Shown piece by piece: positions 17,758-27,043 of a stretch of 64,000 nucleotides of DNA. A model generated the notes under the pieces. That model searched no databases, was not told where the DNA came from, and worked only from the letters and a program-made list of their open reading frames with translations. The stretch comes from an uncultured Chloroflexia bacterium (GTDB taxonomy: Bacteria; Chloroflexota; Limnocylindria; Limnocylindrales; CSP1-4), in the NCBI GenBank assembly GCA_963829105.1, contig CAWHHF010000019.1:8549-72548 (forward strand), given 5' to 3'. The position numbers and the translations under genes were made by a program. Position 1 is the stretch's first letter. Each line of letters begins with the position of its first letter.

Positions 17758-18219
17758 GTGCGCGTCATCCACATCCCCAAGAACCAGCTGATGCTCATCG
17801 CCGGCCTGGTCTGGTGCGCGGCGGGCGCGATGGTCTGCATGATCGGGCTGCCGCTGGAGTTCGGGCTGGCGCCCTCGCACCTGGTCCTCTTCCCGCTCGC
17901 CGGGGTGATCTTCCTGGTGTTCTACTTTCTCGTGTTCTCCCGCCTCGTCCGGAAGCACACCGGTCGAATTCGCGCGCGCGCGGAGGACCGGCTCCCCGTC
18001 TGGAACTTCTTCAACGCCTCCTCCTGGGCGGTGATGGCCCTGATGATGGGCGGTGGCATGGCGCTCCGCCTCTCGCACCTGATGCCGGACTGGATGATCG
18101 CGTTCTTCTACAGCGGGCTCGGCGTGGCGCTCTTCCTGTGCGGCGTCGGGTTCCTGCGCGTCTTCGCCCGCAAGGATGTGCTGGCGCCGGCACCCGAACG
18201 GCTCGGCTCCGACAGCTGA
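17758..18219 (+). CDS. Hypothetical 4-TM membrane protein
   Basis: GTG 17758, in frame within ORF 17587..18219. VRVIHIPKNQLMLIAGLVWCAAGAMV... The hydrophobic pattern persists to the end. Confidence 0.55.
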   Translation: MRVIHIPKNQLMLIAGLVWCAAGAMVCMIGLPLEFGLAPSHLVLFPLAGVIFLVFYFLVFSRLVRKHTGRIRARAEDRLPVWNFFNASSWAVMALMMGGGMALRLSHLMPDWMIAFFYSGLGVALFLCGVGFLRVFARKDVLAPAPERLGSDS

Positions 18220-18458
18220 CGGCACGGCACCGCCGGCGGGGTGACACGCCCCGGGGCTACTGGTATGTAGACGGCTCCTTCCTGACCTGCGGTCCGATCC
18301 CCTGATCCGCTCGGCGGACGATCGTGGCTCGGTCCCGTCGTGCGCGTGACGGATCTGGCCGTGAGCCCTTGCCCGGGCGACTCGTCGATCCCACAATCGT
18401 CTCGGCAACACCGACAGTTGGCCCAGCTGCCGCGACGAGCGGGTGGAGGACCTGACCC

Positions 18459-18734
18459 ATGGCCGAGATCGCCCTGACCGTCATCGATCCATCGGGGTTG
18501 CACGCCCGGCCGGCGGCCCGCTTCGTCCAGGCGGCGAGCAGGTTCCAGAGCCGGATCGTCATCCGCCACGACGGCCGCGAAGCCGACGCCAAGAGCCTCA
18601 TCGCGATCCTGGGGATGACCATCGGCCCGTCGTCGCAGATCGTCCTCGCGGCCGACGGCGCGGACGCTGACGAGGCGCTCGCCGCCCTGGCAGCCGAGCT
18701 CGCTCCGTACGTCGAAGGGGGCGCGGCGGGATGA
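18459..18734 (+). CDS. ptsH: Phosphocarrier protein HPr
   Basis: Active-site GLHARPAARF (His15 context). 91 aa. GGAGGA lies upstream. Confidence 0.9.
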   Translation: MAEIALTVIDPSGLHARPAARFVQAASRFQSRIVIRHDGREADAKSLIAILGMTIGPSSQIVLAADGADADEALAALAAELAPYVEGGAAG

Positions 18735-20476
18735 CGCGCACGGTGCTGGCAGGTCGGGCCGGTTCGCCCGGGCTCGGGAGCGGCCGGCTGCTCCTGGTGA
18801 CGGAGGCGGCTCCTTCGATCCCCGACACGACGGGTTCGGGGCCGGGCCGGGACGACGCCACGGTTCCGTCGGAGGAACGCCGGCGCCTGCTGGACGCGCT
18901 TCACTCCGCCGCGGACAACCTCGGCTCGCTCGCGATGCAGACGTCGGCCCGCGCGGGCGAGGAGGTCGGGGCGATCTTCGAGGCCCAGGCCATGTTCGCC
19001 CGGGATCCGGGGATCGTCGATCCTGCGCTGGCCTTCATCGATGCCGGCGCGACCGCCGATGCTGCCATCCTGCGCGCCACCGACGAGCAGGCCGCGGTCC
19101 TGGCTGCCGTCGACGACCCGTACTTCCGCGAGCGGGCGGCCGATGTGCGGGACGTGGGACGGCGCGTCGCGGCCATCGTGCGCGGCGAACACCGACGGGA
19201 CCTCTGGCACCCCGACGGCGCACCCGCCATCGTCGTCGCCGTCGATCTCGACCCGTCGGCCGTGGCGACCCTGCGCCCGGAGCTCGTCGCCGGGATCGCC
19301 CTGGGCGGCGGCGCCCCGACCGGTCACGCGGCCATCGTCGCCCGGGCTCTGGGGATCCCGATGGTGCTCGGGCTCGGCGTCGCGATCGACGGGCTGCCGG
19401 AGGATGCCGCCGCGGCGGTCGACGGGACGGCCGGCGAGCTCGTGATCGAGCCTGACGCCGACGACCTGGCACGGGTGGCGGCCGCGGGGTCGGCCGTGCT
19501 CCTCGCATCGACGGCGCCTGTCACGGGAAGATTGGGCGGCGCGATGGCGGACGTCGAGGCCACCCACGGGATCCGGATCCTCGCCAACGTCGCGTCGGCG
19601 CTGGAATTGGAGGCGGCGGCCCGGGCAGGCGCGGATGGAATCGGGCTCGTCCGGACGGAGCTCCTGTTCCTGGCCCGGTCCGTCCCGCCGAGCATCGCCG
19701 AGCAGCGGGCCACGTATGCGGCCATCCGCGCACCGATGGGCGACCGCCCGGTGGTCTTCCGCACGCTCGACATCGGTGGCGACAAGCCCGCCGCCTGGCA
19801 GCCCGGGGGCCCCGAGGCAAACCCGGCGCTGGGCGTCCGCGGGCTGCGGCTCGGGCTGCGCCATCCGGAGCTGCTCGACGCCCAGCTCGAGGCCCTGCTC
19901 ACGGCGGCGGCGGGCGGGGAGCTCCACGTGATGCTGCCGATGGTCTCGGCCGTGGAGGAGCTGGCCGCGGCCCGGGCCCGGCTGGCGGCCGTCGCCGGGC
20001 GCCTCGCCCGCGACGGGATCCCGGCCGCCGACCTCGAGCGGGTGCGACTCGGGGTGATGATCGAGGTTCCGTCGGCCGCGCTCATGGCCGACGCCTTCGC
20101 CGAGATCGCCGACTTCTTCTCGATCGGCACCAACGACCTCGTCCAGTACACCATGGCGGCCGACCGGACCAACCCCGGGCTGATCGACCTCGCCTCGGCG
20201 TTGCAGCCTGCCGTCCTGCGCCTCATCGACGGCGTGGTCCGGGCCGCCGACCGCGCCGGACGCCACGTGGCCGTCTGCGGCGAGTCGGCGGCCGATCCAC
20301 GGGTGATGCCGCTGCTGGTGGGGCTCGGGGTCCGCGAGCTGAGCGTGGGACCGGCGGCCATCGCCGGGGTCCGGGCGGCCGTCGCGGCGCTCGATCCGGC
20401 GCTCTGGCGGTCGATCGCCGCGGAGGCCCTGGCGGCGCCGTCACTGGCTGCGGTTGAGGCCCTGCTCGAACGCTGA
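18731..20476 (+). CDS. ptsI: PEP-protein phosphotransferase (PTS enzyme I)
   Basis: ATGA overlap with ptsH. GGGAPTGHAAIVARALGIPMV phospho-His loop. C-terminal ...FFSIGTNDLVQY...VCGESA. Confidence 0.92.
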   Translation: MTRTVLAGRAGSPGLGSGRLLLVTEAAPSIPDTTGSGPGRDDATVPSEERRRLLDALHSAADNLGSLAMQTSARAGEEVGAIFEAQAMFARDPGIVDPALAFIDAGATADAAILRATDEQAAVLAAVDDPYFRERAADVRDVGRRVAAIVRGEHRRDLWHPDGAPAIVVAVDLDPSAVATLRPELVAGIALGGGAPTGHAAIVARALGIPMVLGLGVAIDGLPEDAAAAVDGTAGELVIEPDADDLARVAAAGSAVLLASTAPVTGRLGGAMADVEATHGIRILANVASALELEAAARAGADGIGLVRTELLFLARSVPPSIAEQRATYAAIRAPMGDRPVVFRTLDIGGDKPAAWQPGGPEANPALGVRGLRLGLRHPELLDAQLEALLTAAAGGELHVMLPMVSAVEELAAARARLAAVAGRLARDGIPAADLERVRLGVMIEVPSAALMADAFAEIADFFSIGTNDLVQYTMAADRTNPGLIDLASALQPAVLRLIDGVVRAADRAGRHVAVCGESAADPRVMPLLVGLGVRELSVGPAAIAGVRAAVAALDPALWRSIAAEALAAPSLAAVEALLER

Positions 20477-20623
20477 AGAGGCGCTCGGGCGCGCTGCACC
20501 GCCAGGCCTGGGCGCTGGGCGAGCCGCCGGTGGGTCGTCCGCGCGGCTTCGTGGGACGTGATCCCGGACTCGGAGTAGCATCCTCCTCCCGGCACGCGGC
20601 CGGGCGTCAATCGAGGTCAGGAC

Positions 20624-20836
20624 ATGCTGGAAGGCCTGTCGCCCGTCCACCTCATCGTCATCCTGGTCATCGCATTGCTGGTCCTCGGTCCGGGCAAGCT
20701 GCCCGAGTCGGGCGCGGCCCTCGGCAAGGCGCTCCGTGGCTTTCGCCAGGCCATGAGCGACGACGAAGCCAACCCCCAGAGCACTTCCGAACCGGCCCCT
20801 CCGGCGCCGCCACCGGCTCCGCCTGCGGCGCGCTGA
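20624..20836 (+). CDS. tatA: Twin-arginine translocase subunit TatA/E
   Basis: LIVILVIALLVLGPGKLPESGAALGKALRGFRQAM, then a Pro-rich tail. Confidence 0.85.
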   Translation: MLEGLSPVHLIVILVIALLVLGPGKLPESGAALGKALRGFRQAMSDDEANPQSTSEPAPPAPPPAPPAAR

Positions 20837-20891
20837 CCTCGATCTCCGAGGCGATCGCCAGAGGCCGAGGCGGGTGGGTCGCCGGCAGGCG

Positions 20892-20921
20892 TTCGCGCCC
20901 TCGTCATTCGCGCCCTCGTCA
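20892..20921. repeat. 15-bp perfect tandem duplication that includes the stop codon of the DUF1345 gene
   Basis: ttcgcgccctcgtca x2 (20892-20906, 20907-20921). On the coding strand this reads TGACGAGGGCGCGAA TGACGAGGGCGCGAA. Confidence 0.9.
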
Positions 20922-21608
20922 GGTGAAGGCGTTGACCGCCCGGGCGATGACGAGGCCGACGACGACGAACGAGATCAGGGCCTGCGCACCCATGGCCACC
21001 TTGGCCCAGTGCACCATGGGCATCGTGTCGGTCGGGCTGAACGCGTTGGCGGTCGTGAACCCGAGGTAGAGGTAGTCGATGAACTCGGGCCGCCAGCCGG
21101 GCGGCGCCACGTCGGGACTGAGCTGCTGGGGGAACGCGAAGTCGAGGTAGCGCGGCATCCCGTGGGCACGAGCGGCCGGGCCGCCGGCGTCGAACTCCCA
21201 GTAGAGGAACGCGAAGGCGACGTTGTTGCCGAGCCAGACCTTCGCGCCGGCGATCAGGACCTGGTCGGCGTGGCTGGTGATCGGCGATCCCGTCAGCAGG
21301 TAGTAGAGCAGCAGTGCCGTGGCCCCGAGCGTGCTCGCGAGGATCACCACGACGAGCGCGATGGACGTCCGCCGCTGCCATGGCCCGGTGCGGTCGATGC
21401 GCCCGGGGTCGCCCAGGATCAGCGCCACCAGCAGGAAGCCCTCGACCGCGGCGATGACCCACCCGGGCACGAGCGAGAGGTCGACCGGCGCAACGAGCGC
21501 GAAGACCATGACGGCGAGGACGGCGGCCGCCATCGGCCAGCGAGACTCGCCGACCTCTGCTCCAACCGGGGGTGGCTCGGACTGGGCCTCGCCATGCTCG
21601 GGGGCCAT
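20919..21608 (-). CDS. DUF1345 family membrane protein
   Basis: Start MAPEHGEAQ at 21608 follows GGAGGAG. ...YWEFDAGGPAARA...FAFPQQ...DYLYLGFTTANAFSPTDT pattern. Confidence 0.75.
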   Translation of the reverse strand: MAPEHGEAQSEPPPVGAEVGESRWPMAAAVLAVMVFALVAPVDLSLVPGWVIAAVEGFLLVALILGDPGRIDRTGPWQRRTSIALVVVILASTLGATALLLYYLLTGSPITSHADQVLIAGAKVWLGNNVAFAFLYWEFDAGGPAARAHGMPRYLDFAFPQQLSPDVAPPGWRPEFIDYLYLGFTTANAFSPTDTMPMVHWAKVAMGAQALISFVVVGLVIARAVNAFT

Positions 21609-21722
21609 CTCGGTCTCCTCCACGTCGTCACCGGCATGCGCCGTGCAGGATGAGAGTATGGAGCCGGGTGAGATACCGGATCGCGCCCCATTCGGCATGA
21701 GGGGCCGCTGGCCCGCCCGCTC

Positions 21723-21748
21723 CCTCTCGCGGCGCCTCTCGCGGCGCC
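21723..21748. repeat. 12-bp tandem duplication (cctctcgcggcg x2.2), intergenic
   Basis: Read directly at 21723-21734 and 21735-21746, plus a partial third copy. Confidence 0.8.
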
Positions 21749-21900
21749 GGCTTCTTCGCGTGAGATGGCGTCCACTCCCGCCGTGCAGAGTCACGTCGAA
21801 ATGCGAGGCTCGGGCGCAATGAACGTGAATGGTGGCGCGTGGACGCACCACCTTGTCTCGCGTTGTCACGTTCCCTATTCCCAATCGGGCAGGGTGTCTC

Positions 21901-21906
21901 TAGAAT
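21901..21906 (+). promoter_or_regulatory. Candidate -10 hexamer (TAGAAT) giving a leaderless transcript
   Basis: TAGAAT ends 6 nt before GTG 21913, and there is no Shine-Dalgarno sequence. Confidence 0.35.
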
Positions 21907-21912
21907 CGGCCC

Positions 21913-22962
21913 GTGCTCCAGCCTCCCGCTCGACTGACGCCCACGCCGCCGGAGAAGCCGGCGTCCACGCGTTCGGCTCTCGGCTCCGGCGTGCTGCGCG
22001 CCGGGATCGTCGTGGTCGTGTGCCTCGCGCTGGCGGTCCCGGTCGTCCTGGCGATTGGATCGACCCCCGGGCCCGCCACCCTGACGGCCGGCGCCTCGGC
22101 CGATGTCACGGCCGCCCCCACCGCTTCGACCGGGGGCAAGACCCAGCCAGGCCGGGCACCGGGGGGGTGGGGCTGGGTTCCATGGGCCAAGGGCATGACC
22201 GGCGGGATGGGCAAAGGCTTCCAGGATCGCCAGGGCCGCGGTCCGATCACGATCACCGCCATCAGCGGGTCGAGCGTGTCGCTCGCGACGCAGGACGGCT
22301 GGAAGCGGACGATCACCGCGACCCCGGAGACGAAGATCACCAAGGGCGGCCAGACCATCGCCATCGGCGACCTCAAGGTCGGCGACGAGGTCCGCTTCAC
22401 ACAGAAGCGCAACGCCGACGGGACCTACGCGATCACCGCCATCGTCGTGCCGACCCCCGTGACGGGCGGCGAGGTCACCGCGGTCACCGACACCACGATC
22501 ACGGTCAAGAAGCGCGACGCGTCGACCCAGGTCATCACCGTCACGCCCTCGACCATCTACACCCTCGGCAACGCCGCCGGCTCCAAGTCGGACGTTACGG
22601 TCGGCGTGGACATCACCGCCGAGGGCATGGTCGACGGGTCGACGTTCACGGCCCTGTCGGTCCACGTCGCCCTCGCCTTCGCCACGGGTGATGTCACGGC
22701 GACGACTGGCAGCACGATCACGATCAAGGACCACGGTGGCGCCACGACGGTGATCCACGTCTCGAGCTCCACGACGTTCAAGGTCAGGGGCAAGAGCGCG
22801 GCCACGATCGCCGACATCGCCGTGGGCGATCGTGTCGTGGTGGCCGGCACGCGTCGGTCCGACGGCGGGATCGACGCGGTCACGGTTTCCGGGGGTAGCC
22901 CGAAGGTCGACAAGGGCGGAAAGCCCAAGGCCTCACCAAGCGCGAGCGCGACCAGCGGCTGA
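21913..22962 (+). CDS. Membrane-anchored/secreted protein with three DUF5666-like repeats
   Basis: N-terminal TM, then three units of the type G-VT-V---TITV-----T-V-V---T------A-I-D--VGD-V-V-G----DG---A--V. Confidence 0.7.
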   Translation: MLQPPARLTPTPPEKPASTRSALGSGVLRAGIVVVVCLALAVPVVLAIGSTPGPATLTAGASADVTAAPTASTGGKTQPGRAPGGWGWVPWAKGMTGGMGKGFQDRQGRGPITITAISGSSVSLATQDGWKRTITATPETKITKGGQTIAIGDLKVGDEVRFTQKRNADGTYAITAIVVPTPVTGGEVTAVTDTTITVKKRDASTQVITVTPSTIYTLGNAAGSKSDVTVGVDITAEGMVDGSTFTALSVHVALAFATGDVTATTGSTITIKDHGGATTVIHVSSSTTFKVRGKSAATIADIAVGDRVVVAGTRRSDGGIDAVTVSGGSPKVDKGGKPKASPSASATSG

Positions 22963-23036
22963 ACTCCGGGACCACCCGCGTGGCTGCCCAGGGCGCTCCA
23001 ACGTCGTCGCCGGGCGTGGCCAAGCCGATGGGGTCC

Positions 23037-23555
23037 TTACCCACCCACCACGACCGTGACCTCGTAGGCGCCGGCCGTTCCCGTGCATGCCAGCGCCTCG
23101 CCACAGCTTGTGCGACTCGCCGTGATGACGGCCCGTCCGGGAGCGAGGGCACGGAAGACCGCCGTAATGCGGCCGCAGCCGCCGCCCGGGACGCAGGCAC
23201 CAACTCCGGCGGTCGCCGCGGTCGGACCCGAGACCGTTGCCAGGACCGCCGGGTCGGAGCTGTCCGCCACCTGCCAGTAGGTGCTGCCGAGCTCGAGCGT
23301 CAACTCGGACCCGACCGACACCGTCAGGGTGCGGCCGTTGTCGGTCTCGGTGACCAGGTCGCTGGACACCGAGGGCACTCGTGTCGCGCTCGAGGTGGCG
23401 ACCGGCACGGTGGGCGCTGAGGTGACGGTGGCCGGCGGGGAGGCGACCCCGGCCGCGCATGCCGCGAGCAGCAGCGCGAGCAGCAGCTCGAGCAGCAGGC
23501 TGATGCCGACGAAGAGAGCGCTGGAACGAGCGCCGCGGGGCATGGCACCGATCAT
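23037..23555 (-). CDS. Putative lipoprotein
   Basis: Signal peptide plus lipobox LLLAAC, a Thr/Ser/Pro linker, and a Cys-containing beta-rich domain. Lies downstream of the BNR protein on the same strand. Confidence 0.55.
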   Translation of the reverse strand: MIGAMPRGARSSALFVGISLLLELLLALLLAACAAGVASPPATVTSAPTVPVATSSATRVPSVSSDLVTETDNGRTLTVSVGSELTLELGSTYWQVADSSDPAVLATVSGPTAATAGVGACVPGGGCGRITAVFRALAPGRAVITASRTSCGEALACTGTAGAYEVTVVVGG

Positions 23556-23701
23556 GAGCGGGACGCCTCTCAGACTGCTTCACAGGTCCTCGTCGGTGTC
23601 GACTGGGACGCCGGCGGGCAGTCGGCGGTTCCGCCCGATTCCATCGATGGGACGGCTTCGTCTCGCGCCACGGGAGGTGACGAACCCGGGCGTGCCCTCG
23701 C

Positions 23702-25252
23702 TCAGGGTCCAGGTGTCGGTGTCGGCTCGGGTACCGGCGTCGGTGCCGGCGTCGCCTCCGGGGTGGCCGCGGGTGTGGGAGTGGGCGTCGGCGCGGGTGG
23801 AGGCGGTGGCGCTGGCGTCAGCCGGAGGCGCGCCCCAAACGCACCCGAGTAGCCGTCGCGGCCATCGCCGTAGGCGAAGAAGATCGTCCGCCCGTCGGCG
23901 AGCAGCGCGCCGCTGTCACGCAGTCCGGGCCCGTTGTAGCGCGCGATGATCGGGGCAATCGACCATCGGTGTCCGTTGACCGCGCGCGGTCCCGACCACG
24001 TGGCGCCGCGGTCGAAGGTCACCGCCACGGTGTTCCCCGCCGTTTTGTGGCTGCCCGCCGCGTCGATCGCGTGGAACAGGACGGCGACGAACCCGTCGCC
24101 CGCGACCAGGTAGGGGCGCATCGAGCGTTGCGCCTTCCCGCCGGCGGCGGGGGCGGGAGGCAGGTACCGCAGCCGCCAGGTCCGGCCCTGGTCGTCGCTG
24201 GTCAGGATCCGGATTCGTCCGTCGCCACCGACGGCATAGTAGACGCGCCCGCCGGCATCCACGACCAGCCCCGTCGCCCAGCACGGCTCGGCCAGGCCCA
24301 CGTTCACGCCCTGGAGCGTCCAGCCGAGGTTCCAGGCGGACTCCGGCAGCACGGTCGCCAGCACGTTCGGCCCGCGGGTCAGCCGGCGGGCTGCCCGGTC
24401 GTACCTCAGGCGCGCCACGCCGAACGCGATGCGCCCGATGTTCGCGTAGCTGCCCTTGCGGAACGGCGAGGAGATCAGCCAGACCTTCATGTTGAGCTGG
24501 TAGCCCGCGACGTAGGCCGACCCGTCGGGGGCGGTCGCCAGCTTGTAGCCGATGCGCCAGTAGTCCCCGTAGCCCGCGGGCCCCGGAAGCTGCGGCACCT
24601 CGGTCTCGGCGAAGGTGTGCCCGTAGTCGCCGGAGACGACCACCCGCAGGCCGTCGCCCCGTGCCGGGTCCTTCGGCCAGTTGTAGGCGAGGTAGAGCAC
24701 CCCGTAGTTCGGGCTCGAAGGGTTGGTGTCGACGACCATGTCGGCCATCCCGCCGAACCAGCCGCGGGTGTGGTCCGCGATGAAGCCCTGGTGCCAGCTC
24801 GCTCCCTCGTTGTCACTGTAGCTGACGATCCAGTGGTAGTTGTCATGGCTCCCGCCCATGGCCGTGTAGTAGAGGCGGGCCGTCCCCCGCCGTGGGCCGG
24901 GGCCCCAGGCGAGCATCGGATGGCTGCCGCCGCCGCGCGGGCGGCTCGTTGTCGTGCGCCAGGTCTTCCCGCCATCGTGGCTGATGCGGATCACGGGAGA
25001 GCTCGCCTCGCCCCCCTTGGGGTACACGACGGCAAGCCGCGAGGCGTCGAAGGGGTGCGCCGCCACGATCGGCTCGCGACTGCGGTTGAGGACGCTCGTC
25101 GGCCGCGGGCTCAACCGGTACTCGCCGAGGACGGACCAGCTGCCGGAGGCCGCCGGGTCGGCGGCGCGCGCGGTCTGGACGGTTCCGGGGGCGGCCAGGG
25201 AGGACCCGACGAGCGCGACGGTGATCAGCAGGCCGACGGCCAGGCGCATCAT
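23702..25252 (-). CDS. Secreted BNR/Asp-box repeat (sialidase-like) protein with Pro/Thr-rich tail
   Basis: Signal peptide MMRLAVGLLITVALVGSSLAAPG. Asp-boxes SHDGGKTW, SDNEGASW, SGDYGHTF, SDDQGRTW, FDRGATW. Tail PAPTPTPTPAATPEATPAPTPVPEPTPTPGP. Confidence 0.8.
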   Translation of the reverse strand: MMRLAVGLLITVALVGSSLAAPGTVQTARAADPAASGSWSVLGEYRLSPRPTSVLNRSREPIVAAHPFDASRLAVVYPKGGEASSPVIRISHDGGKTWRTTTSRPRGGGSHPMLAWGPGPRRGTARLYYTAMGGSHDNYHWIVSYSDNEGASWHQGFIADHTRGWFGGMADMVVDTNPSSPNYGVLYLAYNWPKDPARGDGLRVVVSGDYGHTFAETEVPQLPGPAGYGDYWRIGYKLATAPDGSAYVAGYQLNMKVWLISSPFRKGSYANIGRIAFGVARLRYDRAARRLTRGPNVLATVLPESAWNLGWTLQGVNVGLAEPCWATGLVVDAGGRVYYAVGGDGRIRILTSDDQGRTWRLRYLPPAPAAGGKAQRSMRPYLVAGDGFVAVLFHAIDAAGSHKTAGNTVAVTFDRGATWSGPRAVNGHRWSIAPIIARYNGPGLRDSGALLADGRTIFFAYGDGRDGYSGAFGARLRLTPAPPPPPAPTPTPTPAATPEATPAPTPVPEPTPTPGP

Positions 25253-25431
25253 GAATCCCCTGTTGCCGGCCGACCAGCGCCCGGCCTTGACCGATCCTCT
25301 CCGGCACGGACCGCCCCCGTCAACAGTACTAACGGCCCTGCTCCCGCAGCGCACGGTGACCGGTCGCCTCTCGGCGAGGGATCGCGCCGGCTGCATCTGA
25401 ACGTTCAGCCGTCCGGGCCGATACTTGGCTC

Positions 25432-26544
25432 ATGTCCACACCCGGCTCCACCGGGAGTCGCCGGCGTCTCACGGCGCTGCGGGTCGCTGCCCAGCACATC
25501 GGCAGCGGCGGCTTCTCGGCGCCCGGCGAGACCGTCCGCTGGATGCTGGCCCTGCAGGCCCAGGACTTCCCGGGCGTCAAGTGGTCGGTCGGCCTCCGCC
25601 AGGCGGGCGCGACCGAGGCCGCCGTCGACGCGGCGTTCGACGCCGGCGAGATCGTGCGCTCCTGGCCCCTCCGCGGCACCCTCCATCTCGTGGCGGCAGA
25701 GGACCTCGGGTGGCTGCTGGCGCTCACCGCACCGCGGTCGATCGCCTCGACGGCCGGACGTCGGGCGGCCCTCGGGCTCACGGAGGCCGACGTCGAACGC
25801 GCCGGCGCAGTCGCGCGATCCGTGCTGGCCGGCCGTCGGTCCCTGACCCGCAACGCGCTCCTCGCGACGTTCAGTGCGGCCGGTGTCAGCACCGCCGGCC
25901 AGCGTGGCTACCACCTGCTCTGGCACCTCGCCCAGGCACGCGTGCTCGTCCTGGGCCCGACCGATGGCCGGCAGCAGGCCTTCGCGCTGCTCGACGAGTG
26001 GGTGCCGCACCCGAGGCGGCTGGAGCGCGATGAGGCGCTGGGCGAGCTCGCGCTGCGCTACTACCGGAGTCACGGACCGGCGACGGCCGCCGACCTCTCC
26101 CGGTGGGCCGGCCTGACTGCGAATGACGTGCGACGCGGGCTGTCGGTCTGCGGGAGCCGGCTCACGACCCTTGAGCTCGACGGGCTGACCTACAACCTCG
26201 CGCCGGAGACCCTGGCCGTGGCCGCGCCGGTCGCCCGCGTGCACCTCCTGCCCGGCTTCGACGAGTACCTGCTGGGCTACGGGGATCGGACCGCGGCGCT
26301 GGCGGCGGAGCACAGCGAGGCGATCGTCCCGGGCGGCAACGGCATGTTCAAGTCGACGATCGTCGTGGATGGCGAGGTCGTCGGCACCTGGGGACGGACG
26401 ATCCGGGCCCGCGAGGCCGTCGTCGAACCGGTCCCGTTCGACCGCCTGTCGGCCGACGTGCTGGACGAGCTCGCTGTGGCCGCTCGAGCGTACGGTGCCT
26501 TCCTGGGGCGATCGGTCCGGCTGGCCGGACCCGCGGTCCCGTAG
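25432..26544 (+). CDS. Winged-helix DNA glycosylase-like protein (YcaQ/AlkZ, DUF1006)
   Basis: MLALQAQDFPG (Q-x-Q), SWPLRGTLHLV, LLPGFDEYLLGY, VVDGEVVGTW. Confidence 0.8.
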   Translation: MSTPGSTGSRRRLTALRVAAQHIGSGGFSAPGETVRWMLALQAQDFPGVKWSVGLRQAGATEAAVDAAFDAGEIVRSWPLRGTLHLVAAEDLGWLLALTAPRSIASTAGRRAALGLTEADVERAGAVARSVLAGRRSLTRNALLATFSAAGVSTAGQRGYHLLWHLAQARVLVLGPTDGRQQAFALLDEWVPHPRRLERDEALGELALRYYRSHGPATAADLSRWAGLTANDVRRGLSVCGSRLTTLELDGLTYNLAPETLAVAAPVARVHLLPGFDEYLLGYGDRTAALAAEHSEAIVPGGNGMFKSTIVVDGEVVGTWGRTIRAREAVVEPVPFDRLSADVLDELAVAARAYGAFLGRSVRLAGPAVP

Positions 26545-26588
26545 CCGCAGGAGCCAGCCTCGCAGGAGACGACTCGTCCCCCGTCGCG

Positions 26589-26780
26589 TCAGCGGCGGCG
26601 ACGTCGCAGAGGCCCACCCGTGAGCCAGTCGAGCAGCGAGCCCACGATCCAGGCCAACAGGCGCAGGAGCCAGTAGAGGATCGCGAGGGGCCAGGCGACG
26701 ATCAGCAGCAGGATCGTGATCAGGCAGCCGTGATCGCCGCCCTGGCGGACGACGATGACGTGCGGCCGCTCCCTGGTCAT
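26589..26780 (-). CDS. Small 2-TM membrane protein (63 aa)
   Basis: GCLITILLLIVAWPLAILYWLLRLLAWIVGSLL. Last gene of the glsB-csbD string. No clear Shine-Dalgarno sequence. Confidence 0.4.
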   Translation of the reverse strand: MTRERPHVIVVRQGGDHGCLITILLLIVAWPLAILYWLLRLLAWIVGSLLDWLTGGPLRRRRR

Positions 26781-26833
26781 GCGACGGCTACCACGCGCGC
26801 CGTGTCGTGCACATCGAGGCCAGGGTGCGACGC

Positions 26834-26880
26834 CTTGCGTCAGGCATGCTTGTCCTTGCGTCAGGCATGCTTGTCCTTGC
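26834..26880. repeat. 21-bp tandem duplication (x2.2) that includes the csbD stop codon
   Basis: cttgcgtcaggcatgcttgtc at 26834-26854 and 26855-26875, plus cttgc. On the coding strand: GACAAGCATGCCTGACGCAAG x2. Confidence 0.9.
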
Positions 26881-27043
26881 CGACGGCGTCGTGGACATCG
26901 CCCAGGCCGTCCTGGACCTTGCCCTCGACCTTCTGGACTTTGCCCTTCGTCTCGAGCTTCTGGTCGCCGGTCAACTTGCCGACGCCTTCGTTGACGGTGC
27001 CCTTGACGGTGTTGACGGCACCCTTGACATGCTGGTCGGTCAT
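26861..27043 (-). CDS. csbD: CsbD-family stress protein
   Basis: MTDQHVKGAVNTVKGTVNEGVGKLTGDQKLETKGKVQKVEGKVQDGLGD. ATGA overlap with the upstream gene. Confidence 0.85.
   Translation of the reverse strand: MTDQHVKGAVNTVKGTVNEGVGKLTGDQKLETKGKVQKVEGKVQDGLGDVHDAVGKDKHA

Noticed and set aside
18257-20266. 669-aa ORF on the minus strand
   Set aside because: It is antisense to ptsH and ptsI.
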